Shown here: positions 38,646 through 47,975 of the stretch, piece by piece
Layout: every line of letters starts with the position of its first letter
Position numbering within the stretch: the first letter of the stretch is position 1
Assembly (NCBI GenBank): GCA_007375645.1
Contig: VMER01000002.1
Location: forward strand, 29,710 to 93,709
Source: Parcubacteria group bacterium LiPW_15
GTDB taxonomy: Bacteria > Patescibacteriota > Minisyncoccia > UBA6257 > 2-01-FULL-56-20
Length of the DNA stretch: 64,000 bases
Direction: 5' to 3'
The notes under the pieces: model-generated
The model's database searches: none
Told to the model about the DNA's origin: nothing
Seen by the model: the letters and a program-made list of their open reading frames with translations, nothing else
Made by a program: the position numbers and the translations under genes

Positions 38646-39152
38646 ATCCAAAATCCGAGGATAAACAACCAAATTACCGCGCCCGAACTTCGGGTGATAG
38701 ATGCCGAGGGCAAGAACCTCGGAGTTTTGGCGCTTGGTGACGCGCTGGCCCTCGTGCCGCAATCTTCCGGAATGGACCTCATCGAAATCTCCCCGAATGC
38801 TAAGCCGCCGGTCGCAAGGATAATGAGTTATGACAAGTTCCGCTATGAACAGGAAAAGCTCGAGAAAAAGCAGCGCCAGTCCCAGAAGCAAACCGATCTG
38901 AAAGTTGTGCAGATCAGCGCCCGGGCAGCGGAAAACGATCTTCAAGTGAAACTTAAGCGACTTGAGGAGTTTTTGGGCGAAGGCCACCAGGTAATGATAA
39001 ATATGCGTTTGAAGGGCAGGGAAAAAGCCAACAAATCCTGGGCGGAACAAAAACTTAAAGATTTCATGAATATGGTCAAAACCGAATATAAGGTAATAGC
39101 CCCGCCTCGCTACGCCGGCAACGGTTTCTCGGCGCAGATCGTGAAGAAATAA
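38646..39152 (+). CDS. infC: translation initiation factor IF-3 (probable ATC start)
   Basis: RINNQITAPELRVI and PPVARIMSYDKFRY; in-frame TAA at 38637 leaves ATC 38646 as the likely start. Confidence 0.93.
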   Translation: MQNPRINNQITAPELRVIDAEGKNLGVLALGDALALVPQSSGMDLIEISPNAKPPVARIMSYDKFRYEQEKLEKKQRQSQKQTDLKVVQISARAAENDLQVKLKRLEEFLGEGHQVMINMRLKGREKANKSWAEQKLKDFMNMVKTEYKVIAPPRYAGNGFSAQIVKK

Positions 39153-39234
39153 AACGGCGATCCCCCCACCCTCGGCAACCCTCGCGGTAGTTGCAATCTT
39201 TTCGGCAATCATTTAGAATAATTGAGCTAAAAAC

Positions 39235-39411
39235 ATGCGCAAAAGCCTAACCAAAAGAATTCGTATAACTAAAAATGGCAAGGTTATCCGCCGCCCAATG
39301 CGCTCGGGCCATAACCGCACCCGGAAATCCACCAAAAACATCAAGGCCAAGAGCAAAACCAAGGGTCTCGATTTTCCAATCAAAAAGATATTAGGTTCGC
39401 AAACAAAATAA
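39235..39411 (+). CDS. rpmI: 50S ribosomal protein L35
   Basis: MRKSLTKRIRITKNGKVIRRPMRSGHNRTRK..., located between infC and rplT. Confidence 0.88.
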   Translation: MRKSLTKRIRITKNGKVIRRPMRSGHNRTRKSTKNIKAKSKTKGLDFPIKKILGSQTK

Positions 39412-39412
39412 A

Positions 39413-39760
39413 ATGCCAAGAGTAAAACGCGGCGTAATTGCCCACAAAAAGAGGGAGAAGATCCTCAAAAAAACCAAAGGCTATCGTTGGGGAAGAAAAT
39501 CGAAAGAACGCGCCGCTAAAGAAGCGCTCCTCCACGCCGAAGCCAGAATGTTCCGCGGCCGCAAAGAAAAGAAACGCGTGGCCCGCTCGATCTGGAACGT
39601 AAAGATAAGCGCCGCGACCCGAGAAGCCGGAATGAGCTACAGCAAGTTCATCGGCGCGTTGAAGAAGGCGAACATTAAATTAGATAGGAAAATACTCGCC
39701 GATCTCGCAAAAAACAATCCGGAAGTGTTCAAGAAGGTCTTCGCCATCGTTTCCAAGTAA
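39413..39760 (+). CDS. rplT: 50S ribosomal protein L20
   Basis: MPRVKRG...YSKFI...LDRKILADLA. Confidence 0.97.
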   Translation: MPRVKRGVIAHKKREKILKKTKGYRWGRKSKERAAKEALLHAEARMFRGRKEKKRVARSIWNVKISAATREAGMSYSKFIGALKKANIKLDRKILADLAKNNPEVFKKVFAIVSK

Positions 39761-39789
39761 ATAAAGAAGCTCCAAGAAAAAACCGCGTC

Positions 39790-40371
39790 TTACGCGGTTT
39801 TTTCTTTCTTTTGATGGATCTCGGCGGGCTTGTTCTCCGGGTGAGCCGGGTGCCGCTTCACCTGATGCGGATGCGTTTGCGTTCCGGGCCGATGAGTGGA
39901 ATATTTTTTCTGCCTCCCTTTTATAAATTCATGCGCCAGTTTTAGAACGCGCTTGGTCCCAACGTATTGCTTCCCGATGACCTTGATCGCGTCGTGGTAG
40001 AGGAACCATCCATAACCGCTGTGCTCCCTCGGAACAATCGTGACCTGAACTTTTTTGGTCTCCGCCAAATACAAAATTACGGTGTCGAAAATCCTTTCGT
40101 CCCCCCGATCAAAATAGAATCGCTCATATGCGCGAAAGCCCTGAATCAGGCGCATATCCTCCTTGCCTATTCCGGTCTCCTCCTTGGTCTCCCTAAGAGC
40201 CGTATCGAGGCTGGTTTCACCGAGCTCGAAATGCCCTTTCGGGAAGTTCCAATAAGATCCCCTTCTATAAAGCAAAAGATATTTGACCCCGTCTTCGGTC
40301 CTCCTATATATCACAAATCCGGCAACAACCTGTTTTTTTATCTGTTTTTTGTTTTCTTGTTTACTTTCCAC
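39790..40371 (-). CDS. NUDIX hydrolase (Ap4A hydrolase-like)
   Basis: WNFPKGHFELGETSLDTALRETKEETG Nudix box. Confidence 0.9.
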   Translation of the reverse strand: MESKQENKKQIKKQVVAGFVIYRRTEDGVKYLLLYRRGSYWNFPKGHFELGETSLDTALRETKEETGIGKEDMRLIQGFRAYERFYFDRGDERIFDTVILYLAETKKVQVTIVPREHSGYGWFLYHDAIKVIGKQYVGTKRVLKLAHEFIKGRQKKYSTHRPGTQTHPHQVKRHPAHPENKPAEIHQKKEKTA

Positions 40372-40471
40372 TACCTAATACTACACTGGGCGCCAAAAGC
40401 AGGAAAGGGTTTCGGCCCTTGACATTAAGGGTTGGTTTACGGATATTATACCCAGCAGAAAGGAGGACGAA

Positions 40472-41116
40472 ATGCCCACAAAGCGGTTTTTGATCGAAGT
40501 TCCGGACGCCGCTTATGTGCAGGAGTTCTGGCGCGAAGGTGGTTCACCGGTAATGTGCGGAATGGCCGAAGTTACCGCAGAATCAATCCGGCTTCAGCTC
40601 CTCGCCGGGGCAGGCGTGGCGGAGATCGACAAAACGATCGAGCCCCAAAAAGAAAGGTTGTTGACGCTTGTGTGCATCTCGTTCGACAACCAAGCGAGCA
40701 TCACAGTAACCGAAGTGAAAACCGAGGACAAGGATGGGTCCGAACGAAAGGAGGGCGAAATGCCCACGATCACCGTCGATTGTTGCGCCGGGAGAGAAGA
40801 CTACCCGGGCCAGTGCCTGAAGAGCCGCTGTCCTCACTATGAGGCTGCGCGCCGCCGGCTCCTAGAGTTCCAGCCTCCGTACGTGGGGACGGGGTTCGGG
40901 AGCCTTCACAAGGAACCGACCCACAGCCAGTTCCTCGTTGCGGTCAAGGAAGACCTTGCCAATTCTCGCGCGGCATGCGCGCGGGCCGAACGCCTCTTCA
41001 ACACCGCCTATGGATGCGGCAATGATCTGACCCAGGAAAGTGGCGTGTGGTTCCGGGCCCACCTCACCGAGTGCAAGCCCTGTGCCGATCGCTTCACCCG
41101 CGCAACGGCTTCGTGA
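40472..41116 (+). CDS. orphan Cys-rich protein with C-terminal HxxxCxxC and an internal SD-led start at 40760
   Basis: TTGACA promoter at 40419, GAAAGGAGG SD, HLTECKPC motif, terminator GCCTCGCCC/GGGCGAGGC. Confidence 0.7.
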   Translation: MPTKRFLIEVPDAAYVQEFWREGGSPVMCGMAEVTAESIRLQLLAGAGVAEIDKTIEPQKERLLTLVCISFDNQASITVTEVKTEDKDGSERKEGEMPTITVDCCAGREDYPGQCLKSRCPHYEAARRRLLEFQPPYVGTGFGSLHKEPTHSQFLVAVKEDLANSRAACARAERLFNTAYGCGNDLTQESGVWFRAHLTECKPCADRFTRATAS

Positions 41117-41152
41117 GCCGTCCTGCCTCGCCCGCCCATGGGCGAGGCTTAT

Positions 41153-41300
41153 TTATTTCAAAAATCCAAGCATTTTCTCGACAGACCCCTTCTTCGTTAA
41201 AACTTCGAAGGGCAAGCACGCTTCTTACTTTAACAATCTCAACATTCCGTCAACATCTCTAGTGTTTATGATATCGCTCGCTTTTGCCGCATCCGCGTCG
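41153..41300 (-). pseudogene. two relic 3' ends of polX
   Basis: 41300-41225 reads RRG(fs)AKASDIINTRDVDGMLRLLK*; 41185-41153 reads SVEKMLGFLK*; intact PolX ends RRGWAKKSDIINAWPVEKMLSSLKRG*. Confidence 0.7.
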
Positions 41301-41424
41301 CTTCGCTCCCTCCGAACCCTCGGTTCTGAGTAATCTCTCCCGAGGGCATACTCGGGATTACGCATCTCTAAGTCGCTATCGCTCCAAGAGCTGCGAGAAC
41401 GACACTCCGACCCCTCCCTGCCGT
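41301..41424 (-). repeat. dispersed structured repeat element (copy 2)
   Basis: Same GGGTCGGAG and GAGATTACTCAGAACCGAGGGTTCGGA core as 30508-30590. Confidence 0.7.
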
Positions 41425-41440
41425 GGTTGGGCGGTTTTTG

Positions 41441-43168
41441 TTATCCTCGCTTGAGCGAACTTAACATTTTCTCAACAGGCCAAGCGTTTATAATATCCGA
41501 TTTCTTTGCCCAACCGCGTCTCGCGTTCGCAATTCCGTATTCCAAAAATTCAAAATGTGCGACAGAGTGCGCATCGCTGTCTATGCTCATTTTTACGCCG
41601 GAGTCCACGCACTTTCTTATATATTCGTCTTTCAAATCCAGCCTGTCGGGATAAGCGTCGATTTCGAGAATTGTGCCTGTTTTTTTTGCTTGTTTGATGA
41701 CCGCGTCCATATCCACGTCATACGGCGCCCGCCGCCCAAGGACTCTGCCGGTTGGATGAAAAAGAATGTCGGCATTTTTGTTTGTCATCGCTTTTAATAT
41801 TCGCGCGGTCTGCTCTTCGCGGCTCAAATTAAAATAGGAATGCACGGAGATGCCGACGACATCCAGCTTCGCGAGAACCTCATCCGCAATATCCAGAGAG
41901 CCGTCTTTTAAGATGTCACATTCGCTCCCCTTCAGTATTTTTATTCTGCCCGTAAATTTTTTGTTGAGCCCATCAATCTCCTCCATCTGCTTCAATAATT
42001 TTTTCTCATCCAACCCTCCGGTCATCGCCAAGCGCTTGGTGTGGTCGGTAACTACAAAATATTTTAGCCCTGCCTTGATCGCGGCAACCGCCATCTCCTC
42101 GATGGAATTGGCGCCATCCGTCCAGCTGGTCTGAGTTTGGAGATCGCCCAAAAGAGAACCGTATTCTATTGGCTCCGGCAGTTCTTTTTTATGAGAAAGC
42201 TCGATTTCCCCCGTATTTTCCCGCATTTCCGGAGGGATATAACCGAACCCCAGCGCCCCATAAACCTCCTCTTCCGTTTTACCGGCGATTCTCCTTTCGC
42301 CCTTCCAGAGTCCGTATTCGTTGAGTTTCAAACCTTTTTTAACCGCAACTTCTCTGAGCGCGATGTTATGATCTTTGGAGCCCGTAAAGTAATTAAGCGC
42401 CGCGCCGTAGGCCGCCGGCTCAACAACCCTCAAGTCCGCATCCAATCCCGCATCCAAAGCAACAGATGACTTGGTCGGGCCCTTGGCGAGGATTCGCGCC
42501 ACATTGGGAAGGCCCGTAAATTTCTCCATTACGCGTTCGGGGTTTTTCGCCACAACTAAAATATCTATATCCCCTATTGTTTCTTTTCTCCTCCTCAAAG
42601 ATCCGGCGACCGTGCATTTTTCGACGCCAGAAACCGAGCTCAAGCGCGCTACGATGCTTTTTGCGAGAGGAAGAACCCGCCCGATAGGCAGGCGTCCCTC
42701 CGATCTTTTTTGAAACTCAATTCCTTTTAAAATTTTGGCCTCGGCTTTTTCCCCGAAACCGGGCAGGGTTCTTATCTTTCCCGCACGCGCTAATTTTTCG
42801 AGATCCGCTAAATTCTTTATCCCCAACTCCGCATAAAGTTTTTTTATGGACTTCGGACCCAACCCCTCGACGGAAGAAAGTTCGGCGAGATCCACCGGGG
42901 TTTTCTTTTTTAGTCCTTCGTATTCTTTTATTTTTCCATGCAAAATCAGTTCTTCTATTTTTTCGCCGATGGAACGGCCGACTCCGGGAATTTTCTCCAC
43001 CTCTTTCAAGCCGCCTTTTTTGTATATTTCCGAAACCGGTTCGGCGAGAGAATGGATCGCCTCGGCCGCTTTTTCATAAGCTCGCGGCTTAAATGCGACT
43101 CCCTGCATCGCTAGGTATTCGCCGATTCCTCCTATCACCTCCGCTATCTTCTCGTTCGAGATATCCAT
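41441..43168 (-). CDS. polX: DNA polymerase X / PHP domain protein
   Basis: HhH motifs, AGSLRR, GDIDIL, YFTGS and a C-terminal PHP domain (TDH, SDAH). Confidence 0.95.
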   Translation of the reverse strand: MDISNEKIAEVIGGIGEYLAMQGVAFKPRAYEKAAEAIHSLAEPVSEIYKKGGLKEVEKIPGVGRSIGEKIEELILHGKIKEYEGLKKKTPVDLAELSSVEGLGPKSIKKLYAELGIKNLADLEKLARAGKIRTLPGFGEKAEAKILKGIEFQKRSEGRLPIGRVLPLAKSIVARLSSVSGVEKCTVAGSLRRRKETIGDIDILVVAKNPERVMEKFTGLPNVARILAKGPTKSSVALDAGLDADLRVVEPAAYGAALNYFTGSKDHNIALREVAVKKGLKLNEYGLWKGERRIAGKTEEEVYGALGFGYIPPEMRENTGEIELSHKKELPEPIEYGSLLGDLQTQTSWTDGANSIEEMAVAAIKAGLKYFVVTDHTKRLAMTGGLDEKKLLKQMEEIDGLNKKFTGRIKILKGSECDILKDGSLDIADEVLAKLDVVGISVHSYFNLSREEQTARILKAMTNKNADILFHPTGRVLGRRAPYDVDMDAVIKQAKKTGTILEIDAYPDRLDLKDEYIRKCVDSGVKMSIDSDAHSVAHFEFLEYGIANARRGWAKKSDIINAWPVEKMLSSLKRG

Positions 43169-43174
43169 TTTATT

Positions 43175-45679
43175 TTAAGCTGCGTGGAAGACCAACTGCT
43201 CGTTTTCTATCGCAACCACCATCTCGCTGCCCCGGTCTATCTCCTTGCGTAATATTTTTTCGGCCAACACGGATCGGAGCTTTTCTTCTATCACCCTACG
43301 TATCGGCCTGGCTCCAAAAGCAGGATCGTATCCCTGCTTCACCACATAAGCGGCGACGCTTGCGTCAAACTTTACGGATATGCCCTGCTCGCCCAAAGTT
43401 TTTCTTAACTCTTCAAGCTGTATCGCCGCGACTTCCGCAAGTTCTTTCGGCTCCAAATTGCGGAAAATCACCGCTCTTGAAAATCTGTTTATGAGTTCCG
43501 GTTTAAATACGTCGGTTAGCTTTTTCTTCAGATATTCGGCGATATCCGACATGTTCTGCCCCTCCGACAGCGCCTGATTGATGATGTCCGAATGGGCGTT
43601 TGAAGTAGCGATGATAACGGTATTTTGAAAATCCGCCGTCCGCCCAAGCCCATCGGTCAGCCGCCCATCATCCAAAACCTGGAGAAACAGATCCAAAATA
43701 TCCGGAAAGGCTTTTTCGAATTCATCAAGGAGAATCAAGGAATACGGCCGCGCGAGAACCGCCTCGGTAAGCGCACCCCTCACCGACCCGTCCGCGGAAC
43801 CGATAAGCCGCTCGAAACTTTTCTTGTCCTGATATTCGGTCATATCAAAACGGGTCATCATTGTCTTGGAACCGAATTGAACTTCGGCTACCAGCTTTGC
43901 CAGTTCGGTTTTCCCGACGCCGGTCGGACCCACGAACAAAAAACTTGCAATCGGCCCGCCCTTCCTTGAAAGCCCGGAGCGATATTCTCTTAACGCATTG
44001 CCCACGGATTTCACCGCCTCATCCTGGTTTATAAATTTTTTGTGAATGGTTTCTTCAAAATTCAGAAGGGATTCCGTCTCGTCCTTGCCGGCCTCATGGA
44101 TCGGAATATTCACTTTTGCTTCCGCCGCCGCAACCACATCTTCCGGCGAAGCTTTTTTCTCTCCTTTTTGCTCCGCCCTGGATATGGCGGCTCTCAAAAG
44201 ATCTTCTGCGCTGCCCGGCAGAAACTTTGTTCCACTAAAATATTTTTTAGCCAGCATAACCGCGGTTTTTACCGCTCCGAAGCTAACCGCAATGCCGGTC
44301 TGTCTTTCCAAAATTATTCCGTCGAGCGTCAAAATTTTGCGCGCCTCTTCTTCGCTTATCTCTTCAACCTTGACGACCTCGAAGAATCCGAGAAAATCGC
44401 TCCTGGCTTCGATATCTTTTTTAAATTCTTTGGGGTAGGTAGAGGCGATGACCGGAAAACTATTGCCTTGAATGAGGGGCAAGAGTGCGTCCGCCGCAGA
44501 CATATACGCCTCGCCGGAAGTTTTTAAAAGATTATGAACCTCCGGCAGATAAAGGATTATATTTTCGGCCGCTACGATCTCTCCCACAATTTTTTGGATT
44601 CGCAGCTGAACCTCTTCCGGCGACGCTCCGGCTATCATCCTCGCGATATCTAAACCGACTAAGCGCTTATCGAAGAGCGCTTGCGGCGCCTTGTCTTTTA
44701 TTATGTCGAAAGCCAGGTGGGAAATTATGGTTTCCTTACCGATCCCCGCTTCGCCCACAAGAAGCGCGTTTGGGCTTTGTCCTCGCGAGAGTATTTCCGC
44801 GAGCCTCGCATATTCTTTTTCGTGACCGATAAGGAAGCCCACCTGTCCGGCGCGGGCCAGGTCGGTATAATCGTCACCGAACTTATCCAAAATTGGAGTC
44901 GGCCTGGCAGTCCAGGCGCGGTTCATCACCCGGTGCCGAAGCCCTTTGTGCAGTTCCGGAGAAGCGCCGCCCAAACTGCTGTGCTTCCCGACTTTGGCGG
45001 CAAAATCCGTTATCATTATTGCGGATTCTATATCCCCTGCCGAAAGAGAAAACATGTGGAACAGTCTTTTAAGATATTCGTCTTCAACGGACGCCAGCGA
45101 AGAAAAAAGGTCACAGGGACGGACAAATCTGTGCCCGGAATTGAGCGCTTGAGCCGCGGCTAAACCGGCAAGCGTTTTTATTTTCGCCAAAGGATCGTTT
45201 TCCTCCGCGCTCCGGCCCTCCGACTCAGAAAGCAAAGACTCCAGTTTCTGCGAAAATTCATCGATCTTAATGTCCAGGCGCAAAAATCCTTTTTTTATCT
45301 GATCCAAGGATAAAAGGACTGAGGCTAGTTCCAAATAAAAGTTTGTTTTCTTGACTCCACTCCTCTCAAGGGCGCGCTCGATCGCCTTATAAGTTTTCGG
45401 TAAAAAATATTTTGCCAGATTAGCCGAACCCGCCTTCGGAAGTTCGCTAAGCGGAACGTCTCCCTCTCCCCAATGTCTTATCCGATCAAAAAGGAAAAGG
45501 AGCAGAAACAACCCAAGATATTGAAGGTTTTTGCTGTCAGAAGAAAGGGTCGTGAATATTGCCGCGAAAAGGGTCGCATAGCCAACCGCCCCCGCCGCAC
45601 GGACAAAAAGCCTGCCGGCGTACGTCATCTTGAGCCGGGGCTCGTCAAAGATCGGAATTGGTTTATTTTCGCCGTCCAT
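43175..45679 (-). CDS. ClpA/B-family AAA+ ATPase with N-terminal TM helices
   Basis: Two AAA modules: GEAGIGKE (degenerate) and GPTGVGKT/LLDEFEK; PELINR and FGARP motifs. Confidence 0.9.
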   Translation of the reverse strand: MDGENKPIPIFDEPRLKMTYAGRLFVRAAGAVGYATLFAAIFTTLSSDSKNLQYLGLFLLLFLFDRIRHWGEGDVPLSELPKAGSANLAKYFLPKTYKAIERALERSGVKKTNFYLELASVLLSLDQIKKGFLRLDIKIDEFSQKLESLLSESEGRSAEENDPLAKIKTLAGLAAAQALNSGHRFVRPCDLFSSLASVEDEYLKRLFHMFSLSAGDIESAIMITDFAAKVGKHSSLGGASPELHKGLRHRVMNRAWTARPTPILDKFGDDYTDLARAGQVGFLIGHEKEYARLAEILSRGQSPNALLVGEAGIGKETIISHLAFDIIKDKAPQALFDKRLVGLDIARMIAGASPEEVQLRIQKIVGEIVAAENIILYLPEVHNLLKTSGEAYMSAADALLPLIQGNSFPVIASTYPKEFKKDIEARSDFLGFFEVVKVEEISEEEARKILTLDGIILERQTGIAVSFGAVKTAVMLAKKYFSGTKFLPGSAEDLLRAAISRAEQKGEKKASPEDVVAAAEAKVNIPIHEAGKDETESLLNFEETIHKKFINQDEAVKSVGNALREYRSGLSRKGGPIASFLFVGPTGVGKTELAKLVAEVQFGSKTMMTRFDMTEYQDKKSFERLIGSADGSVRGALTEAVLARPYSLILLDEFEKAFPDILDLFLQVLDDGRLTDGLGRTADFQNTVIIATSNAHSDIINQALSEGQNMSDIAEYLKKKLTDVFKPELINRFSRAVIFRNLEPKELAEVAAIQLEELRKTLGEQGISVKFDASVAAYVVKQGYDPAFGARPIRRVIEEKLRSVLAEKILRKEIDRGSEMVVAIENEQLVFHAA

Positions 45680-45680
45680 T

Positions 45681-46028
45681 TTAAATAGGTTTAATCGCGA
45701 GGGCCAAAATTGAAATCGGCAGCATCAGCCAAAAAAAATAAATTATCAGAAACATTCCGCCCAAAACGCAGTAAACCACTAATCCGACGAAAAGCCGCAA
45801 AGAACGAAAAATAAATCCAATTGTCCGTCCGATCACGGTGTAATCTTTATAAAGCGGTTCGAAAATGTGCCTGAGCGTGACCCGAAAAGCCAAAAAACCG
45901 TCTGCGCGCTCCAGAACAAGGATAAATCGATGGAAAATGGAACGCGAACCGTCCACATACCAGTGGTGAAAAAAGTCTTTTGCCCGAAAATAAAGTCTGT
46001 AAAAAATATAGGTAAGGGAGAAATCCAT
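45681..46028 (-). CDS. small membrane protein adjacent to Clp ATPase
   Basis: Hydrophobic C-terminus; 1-bp gap to the Clp gene; ATG 8 nt after TATAAT. Confidence 0.7.
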   Translation of the reverse strand: MDFSLTYIFYRLYFRAKDFFHHWYVDGSRSIFHRFILVLERADGFLAFRVTLRHIFEPLYKDYTVIGRTIGFIFRSLRLFVGLVVYCVLGGMFLIIYFFWLMLPISILALAIKPI

Positions 46029-46221
46029 ATAAATGAATTATAACAGAGTTCCAAAATTGCTTGCATTTCCATTTTTCCGGTAGCAAAATCCGTCAAGAAC
46101 CCGAAAGGGATACCGAAGGGAGGGGTCTTTCTATGAGTGGCAGAAAGAGATTCACCCGGGGACGCGCAGGCAGGCCCCGCCCCGCCCAAAAGCCCAAAGC
46201 TCAACGAACGGGGCTCTTTTT

Positions 46222-46782
46222 TTATTTCTGGATCTTTTTGATAGCCGCCGGAATCTTTAAAAAACTTTCTCGAAGGGCTTTGCCCATAACGTCCGGGGAG
46301 CGAAGTCCTGCGGCAGGATGAAGCAGCGGGTAAATATACCTCCCATTTATTTTGAAGAGTTTTCCTTGGTCGCGGGAAATCTTTGCCTCGGGCAAAAAAT
46401 AATTCATGGAGAACCTCCCAAGCGTAGCAATAAGCGGCGGATCAATTATCTCTATCTGCCGGGTAAGATACGGCTTGTACGCCTCGATCTCTTCGGGGAA
46501 CGGGTCTCTATTCTCCGGCGGGCGGCGCTTAACAATGTTCGTGATATAAACCTCCTCTCTCTTCCAGCCGAGCTCCTCTATTAATTTGTCCAAAAGTTTC
46601 CCCGAACGACCGACAAACGGTCGCTTTTGCCTATCTTCCTCTTGTCCCGGCGCTTCGCCGATAAACAGAACCTTCGGGTTTGTTGAACCTTCGCCAAAAA
46701 CCAGATTGGCATTGGCCAAGGGCAGATTTTTATCGGCCGTTATTTCTTCTTCTAATTCTTTTAATTTTTCTTCTTTATTCAT
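46222..46782 (-). CDS. uracil-DNA glycosylase family 4
   Basis: GEAPG, PFVGRSG, RPPENR and HPAA motifs. Confidence 0.93.
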   Translation of the reverse strand: MNKEEKLKELEEEITADKNLPLANANLVFGEGSTNPKVLFIGEAPGQEEDRQKRPFVGRSGKLLDKLIEELGWKREEVYITNIVKRRPPENRDPFPEEIEAYKPYLTRQIEIIDPPLIATLGRFSMNYFLPEAKISRDQGKLFKINGRYIYPLLHPAAGLRSPDVMGKALRESFLKIPAAIKKIQK

Positions 46783-46785
46783 TTG

Positions 46786-46857
46786 TGCTCTCGAGAGGAA
46801 TTGAACCTCTATCTTCTCCTTCGGAGGGAGATGTTCTATCCGTTGGACTACGAGAGC
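46786..46857 (-). tRNA. tRNA-Arg (CCG)
   Basis: GCTCTCG/CGAGAGC acceptor, anticodon loop CTCCGAA, GGTTCAATTCC. Confidence 0.93.
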
Positions 46858-46863
46858 CTCCGG

Positions 46864-47973
46864 CTACTGTAGTATAAACCGATATGCCTCGTAAAGCGCG
46901 GAGGCGATAAAAACTAAAAGCAAAACATTTGCGAAGAAGTTTTTCCAACCGGCAAATTTTAATATTTTTTTAGAGACTAAAATAATGAAAAAGTATTGTC
47001 CCGCGAGGAAAATTCCTCCGGCTAAGGCGACGACCGTCTGAAATTCATTCAATCCCGCCCAGACTAGAAGGAGCGGGGCAAAAATAACAAAAGAGACTGC
47101 GGCAATGTCTCCCCAGTGCGAGTCCCGGCTCAGGGAATTCTTTACTTCGGTAGAGATCATGAGATGTATCGAAAAGATCGTAGCCACCCCCAAAAGCGCC
47201 AAAATTTTGAGTTTCCACTCCGGCCAACTCCCAAGGCCTGAAATCGTATCCCCGGTAATTGTCGCCGTCGAACCGAAAATTCCGAATACGAACGCCAGAA
47301 ATAGGGTCGCGGCAAAAACAGTTCCGAGCGCTATAAAAAACTTTTTCTTTTTTGAGTTCTGCCCGCGGGTCAGCTTGGTTATCGGTTCAATCGCGGTCCA
47401 GCCCGAAAGCGAGAACAGTAGCGCCCCGAAAGAAATCGCCAACCCGCCCGGCGCCGCGAAGGGCGAGTTTAAAATCGCGATCTTCTCCGGCGCGGAGAAA
47501 AATATGAAAAAAATTATTAAAACCATCGCTGAAACTACGCCAGTCTCAAGTTTCGCGAACCTCTTCAGGCTAAATAGCGCCGGAAGCGACACCAAGATCC
47601 AGAAAATCGGAAGGGATAGCGCCCCAAGCCCCGGAAATACTGTTCTCAGAAATCCGCTGCCAAGATTTAAATAAGCGGCGAGAGTTAGCGTAAGCCCGCC
47701 AACTATCGCCCAAAAGGCCACTGTTCCCGCCGTTCTCCCGAGCCTCTCCCGCACGGTTCCCAAGAGTCCGCGGATGCCATCCGTTTTGTGCAGGGCTTCC
47801 CAAAAAGAAACGTGCGCGAAAACTATACAGGCCACAACAAGGATCATCGAGAACAAAGCGATCCCCCAGCCGGATGCATAAAAAACACCCGGCAGCGCGA
47901 AAAGTCCGGCGCCGACCGTGGCAGCCAAAACAAGCCCGGAAACAAAGATGTTTTCCTTTAGCGATTTAAACAC
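46864..47973 (-). CDS. amino acid permease (aromatic/HAAAP-like)
   Basis: ATVGAGLFALP and about 11 TM helices. Confidence 0.82.
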   Translation of the reverse strand: MFKSLKENIFVSGLVLAATVGAGLFALPGVFYASGWGIALFSMILVVACIVFAHVSFWEALHKTDGIRGLLGTVRERLGRTAGTVAFWAIVGGLTLTLAAYLNLGSGFLRTVFPGLGALSLPIFWILVSLPALFSLKRFAKLETGVVSAMVLIIFFIFFSAPEKIAILNSPFAAPGGLAISFGALLFSLSGWTAIEPITKLTRGQNSKKKKFFIALGTVFAATLFLAFVFGIFGSTATITGDTISGLGSWPEWKLKILALLGVATIFSIHLMISTEVKNSLSRDSHWGDIAAVSFVIFAPLLLVWAGLNEFQTVVALAGGIFLAGQYFFIILVSKKILKFAGWKNFFANVLLLVFIASALYEAYRFILQ

Positions 47974-47975
47974 GA

